A program made the translations under genes and the position numbers. The notes under the pieces are model-generated. The model was not told the origin of the DNA. It saw only the letters and a list, made by a program, of their open reading frames with translations, and ran no database searches. This document shows, in pieces, positions 60,270 through 64,000 of a stretch of 64,000 nucleotides of DNA; position 1 is the first letter of the stretch, and each line of letters opens with the position of its first letter. Source of the DNA: an uncultured Planctomycetota bacterium (GTDB taxonomy: Bacteria; Planctomycetota; PLA2; JAEUHO01); the NCBI GenBank assembly GCA_963752285.1, contig CAVVXN010000005.1, positions 1,501,742 to 1,565,741 on the forward strand, written 5' to 3'.

Positions 60270-61309
60270 CCCTCAGCGAGGTCGAGCTGCGCGCGTCGTC
60301 CTGCCGAGCCCTGCTCCTCGTCCTCGTCGGTGCGGTCCTCACCGTCCTGGCGGGGCTCGCCACGCTCTTCCTCGGCGTGGTGCCCGTCCCCGCGCACGCG
60401 GTCGTCCGGGCGCTCGGGGACCTCGTGGGCCTCCCGGGTCACAGCGCGGCCCCCGACTTCATGCTGGTCGTGGACATGCGGCTGCCGCGCGCCGTCGGAG
60501 CGATCACCGCGGGCGCCGCGCTCGGCGCGTCCGGGTGCATGCTCCAGGCGCTCCTGCGAAACCCGCTCGCCAGCCCGTTCGTGATCGGCGCGGCGCAGGC
60601 CGCGGGGTTCGGCGCCCTCCTGGCGATCCTCCTCGGCTGGCCGTACATGCCGATGCTCGCGATCGCCTTCGGGATGTCCGTGTTCGCGGCGTGGCTCGTG
60701 CTGAGCCTCGCGAGGAGCCGGCAGAGCCTCCCCACCGAGTCCGTCGTGCTGACCGGTATCAGCGTGAGCCTCTTCTTCTTCGCCCTGCAGGGGCTGCTGC
60801 GCTTCCTCGCCCACGACCGCGGCGTCCTCGCACGGATGGCGCTCTGGGTGCAGGGCGGTCTCTGGGACGCCGCGTGGGTGTCGCTCCGGTTCCTCGCGCC
60901 GCTCACCGTGATCGCCGTGGTCGCCACGATGTTCCTCGCGCGACGCCTCGACCTCCTGGCGCTCGGTCAGGAGGACGCCCAGCGCCTGGGCGTCTCCGTG
61001 CGCCGCACCGGGACGCTCGCCCTCCTCCTCGCGTGCCTTCTCGCGAGTCTCGCGGTGTGCACGGCGGGCGTGCTGGCCTTCGTCGGGCTGATCGTCCCGC
61101 ACGCGGCCCGCCGCCTCGTGGGCCCGGGCCACGCGGTGCTGCTGCCGGCGAGCGCCTTCCTCGGGTCGTTGCTCGTCCTGGCGACGGACAGCGTCGCGAG
61201 GACGGCGCTGCCGCCGCAGGAGATCCCGCTCTCGGTCGTGACGTCGCTCTTCGGCGTTCCCGCATTCCTCGTCCTCATGCGCTCGCTGCGGGCCCGGAGG
61301 AGCTCCTGA
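60206..61309 (+). CDS. FecCD/BtuC-family ABC permease
   Basis: RLPRAVGAITAGAALGASGCMLQALLRNPLASPFVIG and GLIVPHAARRLVG are FecCD motifs. The start is uncertain: ATG 60206 overlaps the binding-protein gene by 64 nt, and there is no ATG/GTG just before the first TM helix (about 60300). Confidence 0.75.
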   Translation: MQDVLPPVAAPRARLRGRAALALSEVELRASSCRALLLVLVGAVLTVLAGLATLFLGVVPVPAHAVVRALGDLVGLPGHSAAPDFMLVVDMRLPRAVGAITAGAALGASGCMLQALLRNPLASPFVIGAAQAAGFGALLAILLGWPYMPMLAIAFGMSVFAAWLVLSLARSRQSLPTESVVLTGISVSLFFFALQGLLRFLAHDRGVLARMALWVQGGLWDAAWVSLRFLAPLTVIAVVATMFLARRLDLLALGQEDAQRLGVSVRRTGTLALLLACLLASLAVCTAGVLAFVGLIVPHAARRLVGPGHAVLLPASAFLGSLLVLATDSVARTALPPQEIPLSVVTSLFGVPAFLVLMRSLRARRSS

Positions 61310-62124
61310 TGCTCGCCGCCGAGCACGTCTCCTTCGCGTACGGCGCTACGCCCGTGCTCGAGGACGTGTCCCTCGAGCTCCCCGAGGGCCGGCTCGTCGG
61401 CCTCGTCGGTCCGAACGGCGGCGGGAAGTCCACGCTGCTCCGCTGCCTCTACCGGGCGCTCCGCCCGGACCGCGGCGCGATCCGCCTGCGGGGACGGGAC
61501 GTCTCCGAGCTCTCCTCGCGAGAGCTGGCCCGGGACGTCGGCGTCGTCCCGCAGGCGTGCCACGTGGTGTTCCCCGTGAGCATCGCGTACTTCGTGGGAC
61601 TCGGACGCTTCGCGCGGGAGTCGTTCTTCGGCGGGCCCTCCTCCGCCGACCGGGCGGCCGTGGACCGCGCGCTCGACGAGCTGGGGCTTCGTCCGATCGC
61701 CGACCGCCCGATCGACGAGATCAGCGGCGGCGAGTTCCGCCGGGCCCTGATCGCCCAGGCGCTGGCGCAGGAGCCGTCCGTGCTTCTCTTCGACGAGCCG
61801 GTGCAGCAGCTCGACCTCCTCCACCAGCTGCAGGTGATGGAGTTCGCCCGGCGCTTCACGCGGCGGGGCGGGACGGCGGCGCTCGTCGTGCTCCACGATC
61901 TCGGCCTCGCGGCCCGCTACTGCGACACGATCGCGCTGCTGTACGAAGGCCGCGTCGTGGGGTGCGGACCGCCCGAGGTGGTGCTCACCCCGGAGTCCGT
62001 GCGACGGGCGTACGGCGTCGAGGCGAAGATCAGCCGATGCGATCGAACGGGCGCCGTGGAGATCGTCGCGATCGCGCCCGCCGAGGACGTCGGCGGGCCG
62101 GGCGGTCAGAGCGTCTCGAGGTAG
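61309..62124 (+). CDS. ABC transporter ATP-binding protein (FepC/BtuD-like)
   Basis: ATG shares 1 nt with the permease stop (TGATG). Walker A GPNGGGKST, signature ISGGEFRR, Walker B LLLFDEP. Confidence 0.9.
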   Translation: MLAAEHVSFAYGATPVLEDVSLELPEGRLVGLVGPNGGGKSTLLRCLYRALRPDRGAIRLRGRDVSELSSRELARDVGVVPQACHVVFPVSIAYFVGLGRFARESFFGGPSSADRAAVDRALDELGLRPIADRPIDEISGGEFRRALIAQALAQEPSVLLFDEPVQQLDLLHQLQVMEFARRFTRRGGTAALVVLHDLGLAARYCDTIALLYEGRVVGCGPPEVVLTPESVRRAYGVEAKISRCDRTGAVEIVAIAPAEDVGGPGGQSVSR

Positions 62125-63947
62125 AGGACCAGGTCCGCGAGCTCCTCGTCGTCGAGGTCGCTCACGTCCCCGTGCCGGCCGTCCCGGTCCGCGAAGATCG
62201 CCCCGAGCGTCGTCGCGCGGCCGTCGTGGAGGTACGGGGCCTTGCGCCCGATCCCCTCGAGATGGGGAACGTCGAAGCGGCCGTCGGGATCGGTCGGACC
62301 GCGCGTGCCGACGTCCGTGGTCTGCCGGTTCGTGTAGTGCGGCGGCGCGTGACACGTCACGCAGCGCCGCCCCGGCCCGATCCGCGTGCCGTCGTCGTGG
62401 CGACTCCGCTCGAAGATCGCCTGGCCCCGCGCGACGCGAGCCCGCGTCTCGGGATCGGCGCGCGCGAGGTCCAGGAGCGGTCGGGGCGGCGGCAGCGAGA
62501 GCAGGTACGTGGCGAGGTCGTGGAGCTTGGCCTCGGGGATCGGGTCGGCCCGCGTCAGCACCATCGCGAAGCGCACGCCGCACTGGCGCTCGACCGTAGG
62601 GTTCGTGCCCTTCCACTTGAATGGCGCCGTGCCTTCGAGGCCCTCGAGGCTCCGGTTCAGGACCACCTCGCGACCGACGCCGTCCACCTCGAAGTCGTAC
62701 GTGAGGCCGTCCGTTCCGGCCTCGGGATGGCAGGAGCGGCACGAGAACGCCCCCTGGAAGCAGTACGACGCGTCCGCGAACACCCGTTCGCCCGCGTGCA
62801 CGGGGTCCTCGGGTACGCGCGGTCCGACCGCGACGCGTGACACCACGCCCCGGTCGGCGTCGAGGAGCGCGACCGTGTCGTCGAGCCGTTCCGACACGGC
62901 CACGAGCGCCCGGCCCCCGCGCCGGACGACGGCCAGGCCGCGCGGGTCGTCCCCCGTCGCGTGGCGAACGGCGACGATCGTCGCCGCACGGTCCATCCGC
63001 TCCGGCTCGTCCGGCGTCTGGGCGAGCCGGACGGCCTCCCGCAGGTCGATCACGGCCACCTCGTCGGTCCCCGAGGCGGCGACGAAGGCGCGGTTCCCGT
63101 CGGGCGCCACGGCGATGCCCGTCGGGTCGGCGAACCCGCGCGACGGCGAGGCGAGCGGCGCGAGACGGACCGACCCGTCCGCGTCCACCATCGCCAGGAC
63201 GGCGGACATCACCCACCCGCGCGCGACCGAGACGATCGGCAGCAGGTTCCGAACGCGGAGGAAGGGCACGAGCAGGCGACGCCCCTCGGCGTCGAACGCC
63301 GCGGCCTCCGCCATGTGACACGAGGGGATCTCGACCGTTCGCTCGAGCGCGCCGCTCGCGTCGAACAGGTCGATCCGTCCGCGCGGCTCCTCCTCGGGCG
63401 GGCCCGGCTCGGCGCGCCGTGACACGACCGCGAGCCGCCCCGTACCGGGCGCCCGGGCGACGGCGAAGGGCTCGCCCCCGAGCGCGACGCGCTCCGTCAC
63501 GACCGCGCGGACCGCGTCCACGCGCGCGGCGGCGCGCGCGACCGGCAGCGCGACCAGGAGCCACGCGCCGGTCCGGTCGAACTGGAGCCCCTCCGGCTCG
63601 GCGCCGACGTCCACGCGCGCGCGGACGGCCCCGGACGGGAGGTCCACGAGGACGACCGCTCGCTCCGGACCGAGCGACACCGCGAGCGTCTTCCCGTCCG
63701 CGGAGGCGGCCAGACCGCGCGGCGTGCCGCCCGTCTCGACGAACCGCTCCACGCGCCCGCCGGCCACGTCGATCACCGCCACCCGCCCGACGGGCCCGCA
63801 CGCGGCGTAGCAACGCGCGCCGTCCGCGCTCGCGGCGAGCGCCCACGGCACGGCGTGGCGCGGCGGCGGCGGCTCGCCCGCGCCGCGGCGGGAGGCCACG
63901 AGGGCGAGGAGCGCGACGGCGAGGGCGACGACGGCACGACGTTTCAC
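62106..63947 (-). CDS. Exported beta-propeller (YVTN-like repeats) fused to a di-haem cytochrome c peroxidase/MauG-like domain
   Basis: 613 aa with a signal peptide. Repeated G..P.G(L/I)A(V/A)S.DG units. Two CxxCH haem motifs (CRSCHPE, CVTCHAP) and PYLHDG near the C-terminus. Confidence 0.75.
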   Translation of the reverse strand: MKRRAVVALAVALLALVASRRGAGEPPPPRHAVPWALAASADGARCYAACGPVGRVAVIDVAGGRVERFVETGGTPRGLAASADGKTLAVSLGPERAVVLVDLPSGAVRARVDVGAEPEGLQFDRTGAWLLVALPVARAAARVDAVRAVVTERVALGGEPFAVARAPGTGRLAVVSRRAEPGPPEEEPRGRIDLFDASGALERTVEIPSCHMAEAAAFDAEGRRLLVPFLRVRNLLPIVSVARGWVMSAVLAMVDADGSVRLAPLASPSRGFADPTGIAVAPDGNRAFVAASGTDEVAVIDLREAVRLAQTPDEPERMDRAATIVAVRHATGDDPRGLAVVRRGGRALVAVSERLDDTVALLDADRGVVSRVAVGPRVPEDPVHAGERVFADASYCFQGAFSCRSCHPEAGTDGLTYDFEVDGVGREVVLNRSLEGLEGTAPFKWKGTNPTVERQCGVRFAMVLTRADPIPEAKLHDLATYLLSLPPPRPLLDLARADPETRARVARGQAIFERSRHDDGTRIGPGRRCVTCHAPPHYTNRQTTDVGTRGPTDPDGRFDVPHLEGIGRKAPYLHDGRATTLGAIFADRDGRHGDVSDLDDEELADLVLYLETL

Positions 63948-64000
63948 TTGCCCGTCCCCCCGGTGAGGTCGGCCGGCTCGGAGCGCACGGCTTCAGGCCG

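Overview
This is a very GC-rich, densely coding bacterial chromosomal window. I saw no transposase, integrase, cas or phage genes. All calls come from reading the supplied ORF translations and the DNA by eye; no HMM or BLAST searches were possible.

**Layout**
- **Left third (minus strand):** a division/cell-wall (dcw) cluster, mraZ-rsmH-ftsL-ftsI-murE-murF-mraY-ftsW-murG-murC-murB-ftsQ (19832 down to 6088). Most junctions are ATGA/GTGA start-stop overlaps.
- **Downstream of ftsQ:** an uncharacterised 549-aa polytopic membrane protein sits where ftsA/ftsZ normally are. It is followed by rplM-rpsI and yebC-moxR-VOC.
- **RNA genes:** SRP RNA (ffs) at 20247-20354 (+) and tRNA-Ser(GGA) at 22481-22572 (-).
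- **Right two thirds:** RCK-gated K+ channel, lipoprotein, korAB, FGGY kinase, exported HExxH protein, HlyD-type adaptor plus prenyltransferase-repeat protein, FIST protein, tpx and a CHAD-CYTH protein. Then a 1407-aa glycogen synthase (GT3-like)/alpha-glucan phosphorylase fusion, a debranching enzyme, REC-GGDEF, a HAD hydrolase, an M1 aminopeptidase and a giant Ser/Thr kinase-NTPase-TPR protein. Last come tldD-pmbA, PAP2, RidA, an iron/B12-type ABC importer and a beta-propeller/di-haem peroxidase.

**Most interesting signals**
1. A two-copy composite repeat: a ~100-nt palindromic module with compensatory stem substitutions, followed by an array of ~49-nt hairpin units. Both copies sit directly after a highly expressed gene (rpsI, ffs).
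2. The dcw cluster lacks murD, ddl, ftsA and ftsZ, and ftsQ is coupled to an unknown membrane protein.
3. MraY carries a ~90-aa periplasmic insertion that reads like a LysM domain.
4. The synthase/phosphorylase fusion lies beside a reversed-order CHAD-CYTH protein.

**Caveat on the ORF track**
Many very long ORFs in the six-frame track are high-GC artefacts (Arg/Pro/Gly/Ala-rich, antisense or out of frame to recognisable genes) and were not called.
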